Below are positions 1 to 11,915 of a DNA stretch of 64,000 nt, in pieces (position 1 is the first letter of the stretch; every line of letters begins with the position of its first letter). The stretch comes from Entomortierella parvispora E1425 (Eukaryota; Fungi; Mortierellomycota), in assembly GCA_020891255.1 (NCBI GenBank), contig BQFW01000004.1, forward strand, positions 2,108,001 to 2,172,000, written 5' to 3'. The position numbers and the translations under genes were made by a program. The notes beneath the pieces were generated by a model. The model saw only the letters and a program-made list of their open reading frames with translations, was not told where the DNA came from and made no database searches.

Positions 1-188
1 GGCCTCGACTGCCATCTCATGCCAGGTAGCTTCCTGGTCTTTGCTTGTTCATGGAACAGACTGATTCTTGTTCTCTGCCGTGTTCACGAGAGGAGCAGAC
101 TTGTCGGACCCCCGAGGAACCAAGACACCCGATCCCCGCTAACAAACAAACTTCTTCCTCCCTCCTTTAGCTCTCGAACGCAACAAGA

Positions 189-911
189 ATGTCGATCCGA
201 TCCAAATACCCAACAGCAGCCCAGCGATCCTTCAACACCTCGAAACCTAGAGCCTATACATCACCATCGTCATCAACACAGCCACCACTGCGTTCCCAGG
301 CCAAAACAGAGGCGTCTGACTTCAGACGCAAGGTCAAGGCCAGGAACACTGATCTGCTCTACTACACAGCCTCGATTCTCATGGGCACTTTGGGATTGTC
401 TTATGCGGCTGTCCCCCTGTACCGCATGTTTTGTTCTGCCACAGGTCTCGGAGGTGCTCCCATGGTAGGCGTGACAAAGTTTGCGCCTGAGCGTTTGGTT
501 CCTCAAGAGAACCACCGTCGCATCAAGGTCAAGTTCAATGCCGACACATCCACCTCCTTGCAGTGGTCATTCCAACCTCAACAGCGGATGGTCCAGGTCC
601 TGCCTGGTGAGACTGCCTTGGCCTTCTATACGGCTCGCAACAAATCCGAGGAGGATGTGATTGGCATTGCGACCTACAACGTGACGCCGTCCAAGGTGGC
701 ACCTTACTTCAACAAGATCCAGTGCTTTTGTTTTGAGGAGCAAAAGCTGATGTCGGGCGAGGAGGTCGATATGCCCATCTTTTTCTTCTTGGACCCCGAG
801 TTTGCAAAGGATCCCGATATGTCGGATGTGGACACCGTGGTGTTGAGTTATACCTTCTTCAAGGCCAGAGGTATGCCTTTTGAGAAGCAGCCAGGCATTG
901 CGGAGCAATAA
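189..911 (+). CDS. COX11: Cytochrome c oxidase copper chaperone Cox11/CtaG
   Basis: Basic presequence, one TM segment (LLYYTASILMGTLGLSYAAVPLYRMFC) and the CFCF copper motif (NKIQCFCFEEQ). A possible short 3' intron at 871 (GTATGC) could change the last residues. Confidence 0.95.
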   Translation: MSIRSKYPTAAQRSFNTSKPRAYTSPSSSTQPPLRSQAKTEASDFRRKVKARNTDLLYYTASILMGTLGLSYAAVPLYRMFCSATGLGGAPMVGVTKFAPERLVPQENHRRIKVKFNADTSTSLQWSFQPQQRMVQVLPGETALAFYTARNKSEEDVIGIATYNVTPSKVAPYFNKIQCFCFEEQKLMSGEEVDMPIFFFLDPEFAKDPDMSDVDTVVLSYTFFKARGMPFEKQPGIAEQ

Positions 912-1746
912 AAAAAAAACAGGAGCGACAAAGCCCGCAATTTGTTCAAGACAAGCCCAAAGCAAGAAACAGCAAGTGGCAGCATCGCAACAGGGTCTGA
1001 GGAGGTCCATTTTGCATAGAGAAGAACATAGAACCATCCCCAAGACCACAGCCGTTGTTATAAACTTTATATGGTGTATTCTCAAAAACAAAAACAAAAT
1101 GACATGAGCCTGAAGAGATCTAGTGAAGGTAGCAGTTTGCGTTTGCGGTGTGGAGTCATTGGTGGGAGGAGAGGAAGGATATGGTAAACAATGATGAGAG
1201 CAGCAGGGGGACGGACGCCGAAAACCATGGGAAGCACGAGAAGGAACAAACAGCATTACGCCTGGGGCACAGACACCAACAGGTGACAGAAAGGAGTGGT
1301 GAGAAAAACGAAAAGAGTCGAGAACGAACGGTGTGGAGGAAAGAGAGCCAGGCAGGAAGAGAAGGGAAAGAACGAGGAAGGGGAGAAAAGGAGAAAAGGA
1401 GAACAGGACAATCGAATGTTGTTCCTCCACATCCACACACACCGCAAAGTCACCTCTGTCACTGGATTCCCTTTTACAGAAAGTCCCTCTGCCTGTTTCT
1501 ACATACGCACATGAATTCCTTCGTTTCACATCATTCGTTTCCATTGATTCTCTTCTCTTCTCTCTTTGCTCACACCCTTCCTGGCTACATTCTCATTGCC
1601 TCTCTCTCTTTGTCTCCCCCCTCCTCCTCTCTCTCCCCCTTTCCTTCATCTCTTCTCCTCCTCCTCCTCCTCCTCCACGCACGCCACCCTCATTTTGACC
1701 CCGACCATCTTCATCTCCGTCCTCCTTCTCCACATCCACTCCCGCG

Positions 1747-4649
1747 ATGACAAAGATCAAGCCTAGGCTGATTGCCCGCATCTCTTGTCAAGAGTGCCGT
1801 AGACGCAAGACCAGATGCAACTATGATGGACAGGGCGACAAGTGCTCGACCTGTGCCCGGATAGGCACAACCTGCATCTTTGCTCAAAAGAATGGAGTTG
1901 TGCTCGACATGGACAAAGTCATGGAGGAAAACAATCCTCACTTGGTCCATCAGCGGGAAAAGGAGCAGCGGGCCAAGGAGAGGGAGAGAGAGCGACTCCG
2001 TACTATCGCCAACGGCTCGTCATCCTCAGCCTCAGCCTTGACCCCTATTGACGACCTTTCCGTCTACTCCAGATCCACGCCTTCGTCCTCCTTCCTCCCC
2101 GGATACCCCAGCAATAGATTGAGCAGGAGCAACAGCACTTCAAACACATTCCCTTTCGGCGGCAGATCGTCGCCTACAGAGGATCTATCCCAGGTCATGG
2201 ACCGTCTCCAGATCGATGCCTTTGGCATTGCACCCCATACCCTCCGGTCCTTCAGTCAGGTCGCTGGCGACAATGACTCAACAGAGACCTCGTCTGAAGA
2301 GCTCTCTGCGACGGAATCGGATGGCCCGTCCTCCACAGGGATCCAAAAGATGGAGAGCTCAGAGACCAAGCCCAATATGGGCAAGAGAAACAGCGCTGGT
2401 TCCTCTGGACACCACCATCACCGCTCCGCCCGGGGCCGATCCGTGCCGCTGCTCGACATCCGTACAGATCTGATAGACCTGTACTTTCAGCATGTGCACC
2501 CCTATCTCTTGGTGCTTCACAAGCCCAGCTTTCTCCGACGCCTACACGACCCCAAGGACCCCGTGCCAGACTTTCTCCTTGCGGCCATGTATGCCGTCGC
2601 ATCGCACTATGCACCTGGACAGGAGCAGGAGGGCCGACGCTACTTTGAATTCTGGCTGAGCTGTCTCGACGATACGCTGGACAAGCCCCGCCTGTCGACA
2701 ATTCAAGCGCTGCTTCTAATCATCAAGTACCAGGAGCGGGTCAAGCACACGGGATTCTATTTCCGCACATACATGTACACGCAGATGGTCATTGTGCTCG
2801 CCAGGGTAAGACACAACCGTGACATCCGAGCGGATCTTCATGTGAGATCGCCCGCACAATAATTTGCCCCACAAGAGGGCGCAAATTAACGCAAATTGTC
2901 TGAAGAAGCCCTGCCAGATACAGCAGCTAGAGACACACGCACACAGGCTAGCTAACTGTTTACACATTTGTCTGTTTGTATTTCATCTTGGTAATCGCTG
3001 ATTCCGCGATACGCTAATAGGAGCTGCAATTGCACAAGACCACACCCGTGAATGTCAAGCTGGATCCTGAGAGCCATGAGGTGCGTCGAAGACTATTCTG
3101 GACCATCTTTTCGCTCGACCAGTTCATCTCGGTATCGCAGGGCAGGACAATGAGCTTCCGGGAAGTCGAACCGGAGGCCGACCTCCCCCGCGCCGACAAT
3201 GAGGATCCAAACGATACCCAGGAAATTGAAAACATCCTCAACATGGTCGAGTACGTCAAGCTGTCAAAGATCAATCACCAGGCCCTCATCCTCGTCCGCA
3301 AATTTCTCACCAAAGTCGTCCGCCCTGAGGAGACGATCCAGCAGGGCATTACCATTTACGAACTGATGAACAACTGGCGAAAGAACCTGCCTGCGCGCCT
3401 CCAGCTGGCCTCCAACATGTCGCCGCACACACCTTTTGTCGCCATGCTCCACACCGTCTACCATGCATGCTGTGTTATGTTCCAGCGGTGTTATGCTGAA
3501 GACCCCAGCATCAGCCATCTAGAGTTTGCATCCATTGCAAGGGAGTCTTGTACAACGTCCGCCATCACGATCACGGTAATCACGGACGATCTCTACACCA
3601 ACCACGGTATGACTCCCCTCACCTATCCCATCCGTGGATGTTATTTTGCCATCTACTGTCTGATTGCGGCTGCGACAATCCAGGTGAACGACATTCGCCG
3701 TGGCGGTAGTAGTCCTATCATGTTCAAGCGATCGCTTGCGCTCTTGAATTTGATTTTGCGGGAATCCACGGCAGTGGATGTTGGCAGGGAGGTAGAGCTT
3801 TTAAAGAGTTCTCTCGACACCAATATGGAGAGTTCTGGGAACAGTCATGAACATGCATCATTAAGCTCAGCCCATCACGACCAACGACCAGCACTAAAGC
3901 CTATCCTGCCAATGTCGCAAAAGTATGGTGCAAAGAACTTTGGCGGTCCTGGAGTAGCGCCGATCCGGATCCGGAAGATTTCACCAAAGGTCTCGGGACC
4001 ATCGTCCGCCGGAAGCAGCACGAGCACAGTCACTTCATCCCCTGCCCAGTCCTCTGCGAGGGTAGCTCAGCCATCCAGCTCAAGCGCAGGTGGTGGAGCC
4101 AAGAGTCAAAACACAACCGCACCATCAGGACTCAAGGGCTCGGCTGCAGGCAGTAGCTTGAATGGATTTGGTGGCAAATCGAACCAGTCGTTCGCAGGCA
4201 CATGTGAAACCCAGGGTCGAACTTTGCCAGTTTCAGGCGAGCCAGCTTCTTTTCTATCAACATTCACGCGCCATCTGGCGGAACCCGAGGAAAAGAAGGT
4301 TGCAATGGACGATGACGTGGAGCAGCAGTTCAAGACCTCACCCTCACCAGAGACGAGTTCGCGGCCAGGCATGCCTGCTCAAGCTGTGCCATCCTTTTTC
4401 GATCTGGGATCATCCGCCATCAACCTCGACAGCCAGAACTTTGTTGGCAGTGCTGTCAACTCTAGAACCTTGCTCTCACCAGCAGTTGGAGTGGGATCCC
4501 CTTCAGTTTTCCAGACGAATTTTGACGCGTTCGCACAGTCTCAAAGGCATCCCCTATCGACCGCTCCTGTAGGTCCAGGACCAGCCAATCCAGGACCAAT
4601 GATGTCTCTAGCTCAATTTTTGGCCTTCCAGGAGGATCAGCAGCGACAA

Positions 4650-4685
<36 letters not shown>

Positions 4686-5148
4686 CAACAGCAACAGGGA
4701 CACCAACGACAGTTCTCGGATTCTCCCTTGCCGCTGTCCTCTTTGCATCAGCTAACGGCCGCCCAAATCCAAGAGCAACATCGCCTGAATCAGCAACGCC
4801 AATTTGAGCAACTGCAGCAACAGCAACAGCAACAGCATCAGCAGCAGCAGCAACAACAGCAACAACGACAGCAACAACAGCAACAACGTCAGCAACAACA
4901 GCAACAGTTTCAGCCTCAGAACCAACAGTTTGGATCCACGCCAGAAACGTCCTTCTTGTCCAACTTTTCAAGTTTAAACAATTACCAGCAGTTGAACTCT
5001 GACCAGGATCAGAACGATCTCATGTCGATGCTCAGTTCGTCCGCAATGGCCTTTCAGGATGGTTTCAGTCAAGAGAATGCTCTCAATTTTGCTTCAGCTT
5101 ACTTGCATCAACAACAGCAACAACAACGACAGCAGCAACAGCAGCAGC

Positions 5149-5215
<67 letters not shown>

Positions 5216-5585
5216 GCAGCAGCAGCAGCAGCAGCAGCAATTACAGCAACAACAGCAACAACAGCAACAACAGCAACAACAGCAACAACAGCAACAACAG
5301 CAACAACAGCAGCAAAGAAACGTTTCTTCGTTGTCGCCGATTACGAATCGACCTCAAGACTACCAAGATCGCACGCGGGCCATTTCAGCGGATGACTCAC
5401 CCTCTCCAGAGTCCTTCCAATTGTTGGACATGACAACGTCCTTTAATAGCTACATGGACGACAGTAGTGGTATCCCTCTTGGTATTCGGCAGGCCCTTGG
5501 AGATGCGGATAAGCTCTTCAAGTTCCAACAACAACAGCAACAGCAGCAACAACCACAACAACAGTCGCACAATGGCGGCCTCTGA
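1747..5585 (+). CDS. Zn2Cys6 (GAL4-type) transcription factor with fungal-specific TF middle domain and polyQ C-terminus; intron 2806-3020
   Basis: CQECRRRKTRCNYDGQGDKCSTCARIGTTC zinc cluster; LIDLYFQHVHPY and EVRRRLFWTIFSLDQ middle-homology motifs; GTAAG...GCTAATAG intron joins the two ORFs in frame. Confidence 0.92.
5107..5313 (+). repeat. CAA/CAG trinucleotide tract encoding roughly 70 Gln
   Basis: Long pure (CAA)n run at about 5149-5213 inside a mixed CAA/CAG tract; more polyQ tracts at 4640-4910. Confidence 0.95.
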
Positions 5586-5803
5586 TGTATCTTGTACTAT
5601 AATAAACCTTTTGCCTGCACTTCACTCTGAAGAGATGTTTACAAATTGCACGATTGTGTTTTTTTTAATGGAGGATTGTCTTTAATAAATATTTACAATG
5701 AAATCCTACGTAGGAATGTCAAGAGAGGGTGTCGAGAGAGTGGGCAGCAATGACCCAAGCAGGACACTCTGATCTAGAACAGACGATGGTTGAAACTAGA
5801 TAT

Positions 5804-6169
5804 TTAGTTGCATCCAGACTTGCCAGAGCAGTTCTGGTCGTTCTTGTTGGAAGGACAGTTCTGACCGTGCTGGTTCTGGGACATGGCGCGACCCTGCTGA
5901 CCACCGTGCTGCTGGCTCTGGGAGTTCTGGCCGTGCTGGTTCTGGCCGTGCTGGTTGGACTGGGACATGGCTTGACCGTGCTGCTGGTTCTGCTGGTTAT
6001 GGCCAGAGTTCATCTGCTGGTTTCCGCCGAAGGACTGGTTGGCGGACTGGGCCTTGCCAGCGGCAGTGCGACCCATGTCGGCGACGCGACCGGTGGTCTC
6101 GGCGGTCTGCTTGGCGGTCTTGGAGGCCATGTTGGCGGCGTTGTTGGCGGCGTTGTTGTGGCGATCCAT
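5804..6169 (-). CDS. Small N/Q/G-rich hydrophilin (LEA/conidiation-protein-like), 121 aa
   Basis: ATG in AC-rich leader, TATAAAAA about 100 nt upstream (6265-6272, minus), QHGQ repeats, almost no hydrophobic or aromatic residues. Confidence 0.75.
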   Translation of the reverse strand: MDRHNNAANNAANMASKTAKQTAETTGRVADMGRTAAGKAQSANQSFGGNQQMNSGHNQQNQQHGQAMSQSNQHGQNQHGQNSQSQQHGGQQGRAMSQNQHGQNCPSNKNDQNCSGKSGCN

Positions 6170-6264
6170 GGTTGTTTAGTGCGTGTGTGTTAGTGTGGAA
6201 GGGCTTTGTTTGTTGAGTTTAGTTGAGTGATGATGTGAGGTTGACGAGAAATGGCGCCATCGGT

Positions 6265-6272
6265 TTTTATAC
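6265..6272 (-). promoter_or_regulatory. TATA box of left hydrophilin gene
   Basis: TTTTTATA on plus = TATAAAAA on minus, about 100 nt before the ATG. Confidence 0.55.
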
Positions 6273-6585
6273 CTTTTTGCATCTTCCTAGGAAAAACCAA
6301 AAAAAAAATTCTCATTGCGCCTGGAGGGAATTTTTTTTTTTCAAGATGTCTAGGATCCCCAAGACTTGGTCTTCCTTTCTGCAAGATGCGACCCGCAGAT
6401 TGCGTGAAAAGAGACAGCTTTTTGAGCTCAAGTTGGAATGTCCCTCAAATTGAGACGAGTCCAGTCCAAATGGGCAGGTTAGGGCGAAAAGGCCCTGTCC
6501 AGTCCAACACCCAACGGCAAGACGCGTTCCATGATTTATGTGGGCGACACAGACCAACGTGAAAAAAAAAAATTCGCCGTTGGAC

Positions 6586-6620
6586 CGCGTTTCGGATTCG
6601 CGTCTCGGATTCGCGTCTCG
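6586..6620. repeat. 13-bp tandem repeat CGCGT(T/C)TCGGATT x2.7 in the bidirectional promoter
   Basis: Units at 6586-6598, 6599-6611 and a partial unit at 6612-6620. Confidence 0.85.
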
Positions 6621-7093
6621 TCGTTGGTTTAGAAACAAAAAAAGCCACCAGTGACTGAAGAGTGCAATGAGAGGCAAGACAGGAGAACAGAGACTTGACG
6701 ACCCTCTCAGAGACAGCTATCTAGGCCAAACAGCGCCCAGTCCTGTCCACCCTGAGCGTCCACAGGTGTCCCCGGGCCAAACACGTACGCAACCCACCGA
6801 AAAAAAAACAAATTGAAACGTTCTCTGATCTTCGGTGACCTGCAACAACACGACCAAGCGTCGCGGCATTGTTGCACCTCCCTCTCGTGTTTGGCTGGTG
6901 AAGGATCTTGTCCACTAAAAAAATTTTGGCATGTCGCGAAAACTATACGTGAACGCGAGTAACTATGGCGTCTTTTCTGCCGTTTTTGCTGAAGACACAC
7001 GGCAGAAGGAGCACAGCAGAAGGAGACACACAGCGGCGACACGCAGCAAAGTTCGTTGCGTTTTTCAAGAGTCCTACCTCTGAGAAATTAGGA

Positions 7094-7100
7094 TATAAAA
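7094..7100 (+). promoter_or_regulatory. TATA box of right hydrophilin gene
   Basis: TATAAAA about 95 nt upstream of ATG 7189. Confidence 0.55.
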
Positions 7101-7188
7101 GTGACCTCAACCCCCCGTCAAATTTTTTCATTCCTCATAACACTAACACAAGTAAGCAACTCTCTCCAAACACACAAAACAAACCAAC

Positions 7189-7551
7189 ATGAACTCCTCC
7201 GCTCAGAACCGCCAGCAGCAGCAGTCTGCCTCCAAGGGCCAGAAGGTTCAGAAGAACTCTAACCAGTCTTCCGGAAACAACCAGCGTGGCCAACAATCCT
7301 CGTCCGCCCACGGTAACCAGTCCCACGCTTCCGCCCAGTCCAACCAGTCCAACCAGTCCGAGCTCGGCCAGGCCTCCGCGACCGGTCGCAACCAGCAAAG
7401 TCAGGCTTCGGCCCAGTCCCAGTCCCAGCTTCCCGCCGGTAAAACCCACGGTGCCCAGGGAGCCAACAAGCAATCGCAGCAGCAGCACCCCGGCCAGAAG
7501 ACCGGTAACCAGCAGCAGCAGCAGCGTGACTCCAACCAGCGCATCCAGTAA
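7189..7551 (+). CDS. Small Q/N/S-rich hydrophilin or prion-like disordered protein, 120 aa
   Basis: ATG in AC-rich leader with TATA; composition dominated by Q, S, N, G, A; no aromatic residues. Confidence 0.75.
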   Translation: MNSSAQNRQQQQSASKGQKVQKNSNQSSGNNQRGQQSSSAHGNQSHASAQSNQSNQSELGQASATGRNQQSQASAQSQSQLPAGKTHGAQGANKQSQQQHPGQKTGNQQQQQRDSNQRIQ

Positions 7552-8096
7552 ACAAGCATCTCTTGAACAAATCTTGGCCCTTGCCTGAAAAAAAAAAACT
7601 GCAGTGATGGCAAGAAGGCTAGGATTGTTTCTAGAGAATTTTGAGTTGGAATGACAGAACAAACTTCTGTACATAGCATCTTTTGTCTGTTCTTGTTTTC
7701 TTTCTCTCTGTTCAGTATGAATAAAAAAGTCATTTCTTTTTTCTTCAAAAACAAAGCATCTCGCTGTGTGGACAATTGTGAGGACGTACATGAGGTATAC
7801 AACTGCAAACCTATCTACCTATATATCCGGGAGTGTCACAAAGTTCTCATTGGCGACTTGCACTCACCCAAAACAACACGAGCAAGAAAAAAAAAAGCTG
7901 AGCAGAAAAACAAACGATGGATTGCTGCAAGAAAAAAAAAGCTGAGCAGATAGAAAGACAAGGGGAACTTTTTGCTATAAAATAGTCTGCCTGCCGAGGT
8001 CCCCCCCCCACTGCACTTCACTTTCACTCGTCTCTTCATATCTGTTCATCTTCAAAAATCCAAAATCCAAAATCCATTGGACCACCTCTGACAAGC

Positions 8097-9730
8097 ATGG
8101 CAAGCCCGCTGCTCACAGACAAAGACCCGGTAGCTTCCTCGGATGTTGTTGTGACTTTGTATCCCACGCAAGCCAAAGAGGATGCTCTAAACACCTTACA
8201 CGAGAGTGCTGTCGAGAAGGAGAAGGACAAGAAGGACGATGAAAGCACCATGTCGCTTTCAACCATTGATCAACGGGTGTGTGAAAACTGGGACCAAGAC
8301 TGGAAAGAGTTGAAGGGACAGCGCGACAGAGTCGTGACTGCCATGCAGTTCGACGCTGACAGAATCGTGGCTGGCTACGATGGCATGACCATCGAGGTGA
8401 CCGACATACGCTCCGGGAAGAAACTTCGCCAGCTGGAAGGACACGAAAGCAGCGTCTGGTGTCTTGAATTCGTTGGCAACACGCTTGTCAGTGGTGCAGT
8501 TGATCACACTGTGCGTGTTTGGGATCTGGAGGGGGGAGTCTGCACTCACGTCTTTCGACACCACCTTTCAACAGTTCGTTGTCTTCGAATCGTCATGCCT
8601 GTGAATGTCAACTCGGACCCAAAAGGAGTACCTCGATACGAACCCGAGTCCCCTGTGGTCATATCAGGGTCCAGAGATTCTACCCTGGACGTCTGGCGCC
8701 TTCCCGACCCGGAGCTAAACGGTCATCTCTCGCCCACAGACATGGACTCCTGGCTTTTGCATTCACTAACGGGACACACCCTCTCAGTGCGGGACGTAGT
8801 GGCTGAGGGAAGTACGGCCGTCTCAGCTTCATATGATAAAACCGTTGGCGTTTGGAATATCAGCACAGGCGCCCTTGTCCATCGTTTGCAAGGGCACACC
8901 CAAAAGGTTTACTCTGTGGCTCTGGATCGTGCGCGAAACATTTGTATGAGCGGAAGCATGGATGGCGATGTCCGTGTCTGGTCGCTCGACGATGGCACCT
9001 GCCTGCATGTACTGAAAGGTAAGAGAGTAAATGTATAGACGAGCCCATCTCCTTTCCCATTCTGAGCACACTCTGCCAAACCACTAGATGATTTTTCCTT
9101 TCTCCCTTCCATGCCGATCTCCTAGGCCACGAATCCCTGGTGGGGTTGCTGAGCTTGTGCCCTGGCCCTGGACTCTTGATTTCTGCAGCTGGTGATAGTA
9201 CCCTTCGAATCTGGGATCCAGTCCAAGGAATCTCTTTGCACACCCTGACTGGACACGATGCAGCCGTCACCAGCTTTCACCACGACGATTCAAAGATTAT
9301 CTCTGGAAGCGATGGAGCTATAATGTTATGGGATATCAAGTCTGGGAAATTTGTCCGAGACCTTATGACAGGCATCAATGCTGTCTGGCAAGTCAAACTT
9401 GACAAGAGACGGTGCATTGCTGCTGTGATGCGCGGCTACGATGGACACAGTTGCGGCCATATATACTTTGAGGTTCGACCAAGAAGCACACGAAAGAATG
9501 CTGTGTTGAACTCTCAAATCATGACTGATTTTTTATTTCCTTGGTGCTTTTCTTGGACATAGATACTGGACTATGGCGTCAACGAAACCTCCAGAAATGT
9601 ACATGACGCGTCTGTAGAACCTGGAGCCATCGATGGCAACTTGGGAGATGCCTTTGCTGACCCATCAAGAAAGAGGAAGACAGAGGATCAATTAGATGGT
9701 TTTTCAAAGCGACACGATAAAGTGGAGTAG
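8097..9730 (+). CDS. Cdc4/Fbw7-like WD40 repeat protein lacking the F-box; introns about 9020-9126 and 9473-9562
   Basis: VVTAMQFDADRIV, GHESSVWCL, STVRCLRIVMP and SGSRDSTLDVWRLP match the Cdc4 propeller; only a short acidic N-terminus precedes it; TATA-like CTATAAAA at about 7975. Confidence 0.85.
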
Positions 9731-10186
9731 GGGAGTTTTTTTTTTTTTTTTTTAATAAAAAGATGCCACAGATGCGAGAGGAAACACCCTGTTGAATCGT
9801 ATTGTCGCTCTCGACATTTATTGGCACCAATTCGTTTCTGTAGTTCTAAAATCCAACTACAGAAGCATCATAGACTTACAGCCGACCGCTGTCCTGCAGA
9901 GCAGACATCAAATGGAGAGGCTGGAAGCAAGGGGAGTTCGCAAAAGTAACCAGGGTTGAAGAACATGTGAATGTCTACGAATGTATTGACGCTGTGGAGG
10001 GTAGACAGGGGCCTCACATCTGTTTGTACCCCACAACGAACTCACTCAATGCCCGATGCACAATCTCTCTTTCAATGTTTTTTGTGCACCATAAAAAAGA
10101 AGCTCCCCTGACTTCCCTCTCGAATTTCTTCTCACACTTTTCCTTCACACCCTTCTTTTTTCCACATAAAAAAAAGCAAGACGACC

Positions 10187-10993
10187 ATGTCCAACAACAA
10201 GCCGACGGCCAAGGCCATTGCCAAGCTCAATGCCACGACATTGTTCCCCGAGATTCGAAAGGGTCAGCATGAAGAGCATTCATCGCGCATTCTTGTCCCA
10301 TCGCGCCCTTCGGAGTTTTACTCCGTGACAAAAATTCTTACCAGGGGTTCTGTTTTTCTGTAGAGATTGAAAAGAACCCATCCATGTTTGCCATCCGCGG
10401 CTTCTTTATCTTCAACATCACCAAGAGAGGCGCGCCTATGACAGAGTGGTAAGCAACCAAGCTTCATGGCTCTTGCCGTAAAAAGTCTATTGTGTGTGTA
10501 TGTTTTTCTCCGTCTTGAAAAAAGTACTTAATTGCCTCTTCCATCAGGTACCTGCTCTTCCAAGGGTTCGATGCTCCAGTCATTGTCTCTCAAAAGCGAC
10601 CAGAGATTCCTAAAGCCAAGAGGGACGAAACCCCTATTCCAGTGGCCATTCTTCAGGTGGAAGATTCTGACCTCATGAACTTTATGAGTGGTGGATTGAC
10701 GGTAAGGCATCTTCACGGGTCCTCCGAGGCGACTTGTTCCCGTCTCTGCTTTCATCCCGTATGACGTGTTTTTTTTTTCTGTAAATGAGAATAGACGATG
10801 AAACTAATTACCCTTTATCTTTGAACAATAGGGACCTCGAGGCATTGTCAGCGGAAAGATCAAAATCGCAGGAGCCATTGAACTCGCAGAACAACTGGAA
10901 CAGATCTTTTTGAAGGCCAAGGGTCAGGAAAAGACGCTTGCATATCTGGAACACAAGCGTGGAAAGGCTGAGAAGGCGAGGGCTCGTCTCTAA
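10187..10993 (+). CDS. SCP2 sterol-carrier-domain protein, peroxisomal (PTS1 -ARL), 4 exons
   Basis: Spliced reading: FFIFNITK...WYLLFQG...VEDSDLMNFMSGGLT...GIVSGKIKIAGAIELAEQL...KARARL-stop. Not shown in the ORF track because of introns. Confidence 0.8.
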
Positions 10994-11802
10994 GCGCCTG
11001 CCTGTCAGTCTGCGTGCGATAGAGAGTAAGAGAGAGCAGCAATCCTAATGCATGGTGCAGGAAAAATGAAGCGTCCAGAAAGATAGTGGGCTTTTGAATA
11101 ACATGTTTCTCTCTAAAGCACAATGGCAATGGAGACATGGAGACCAACGGAAGGAACCCTTTGGGCAGACTAAAGTGTATGCAAAACAAAAACCCTGTGG
11201 TGTTCTTTTTTTGTTGTTTGTTGTTTGCGTCTGTGTTTTTGTGCCCCAATCCCAAATGATAAAGGACCCATTCGGAAGAAGGGAAGGGTGCCTTGTGGAG
11301 AGCGAACCAAAAACGAAAGTGAGAGCAGCGCCATTTACAAAACAGAAGGGTCGGTGCGCGTTGTGCGCCCCCGTTCCCCCACTCCTTCAATTTGCGCCTG
11401 ATAGAAACGTAAGGATGGTCCCTCCTTACAAAAAAAATGGTGGGTAAGCCATTCTAGCTAGACTCCCTGGTAAGAAAAGCTCTCCAGCTTGCTTCTTTGT
11501 GCTTGAGCTGGAATGGGGAAGGCTGGTCCAATGCAAAAACGGGATGGTTTATGTCCTTTGCAGAACTTGATCACACGCACACGGAGCAAGGAGTGATCAA
11601 GGGTACTCGACCCAACCTCCCCAACCGCGTCACCCACCATCAAAGCAGCAAGGAGGAAAATATCCCTCTCCTCCTTCTGTGCCTCGCCCCTTTCTTACCT
11701 TTCTCGCACACGCACACTCGTTTGTGGGAATCCCTTCCCAGCGACTCCTCCTTTTCTTTTCTTTTTTTCTTTTCTTTTTCTTTCTTCTTTCTCAGGCCAT
11801 TC

Positions 11803-11838
11803 CATTCATTCATTCATTCATTCATTCATTCATTCATT
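11803..11838. repeat. (CATT)9 microsatellite
   Basis: Nine perfect units read directly. Confidence 0.95.
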
Positions 11839-11915
11839 CCATTAACCACAGCATTCCTCGGTGAACAAAAAAAAAAAGAAAACCATCCACATTCAACTCT
11901 TTCACAGCAATCACA

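Noticed and set aside
567-1781. Several long F/L/S-rich or R/E/K-rich ORFs on both strands
   Set aside because: Produced by GA/CT low-complexity intergenic and leader sequence or antisense to COX11; no domain motifs.
5729-6193. 154-aa hydrophobic ORF on + (and the 218-aa ORF 7135-7791 on -)
   Set aside because: Antisense shadows of the two hydrophilin genes; TATA boxes and leaders support the opposite strands.
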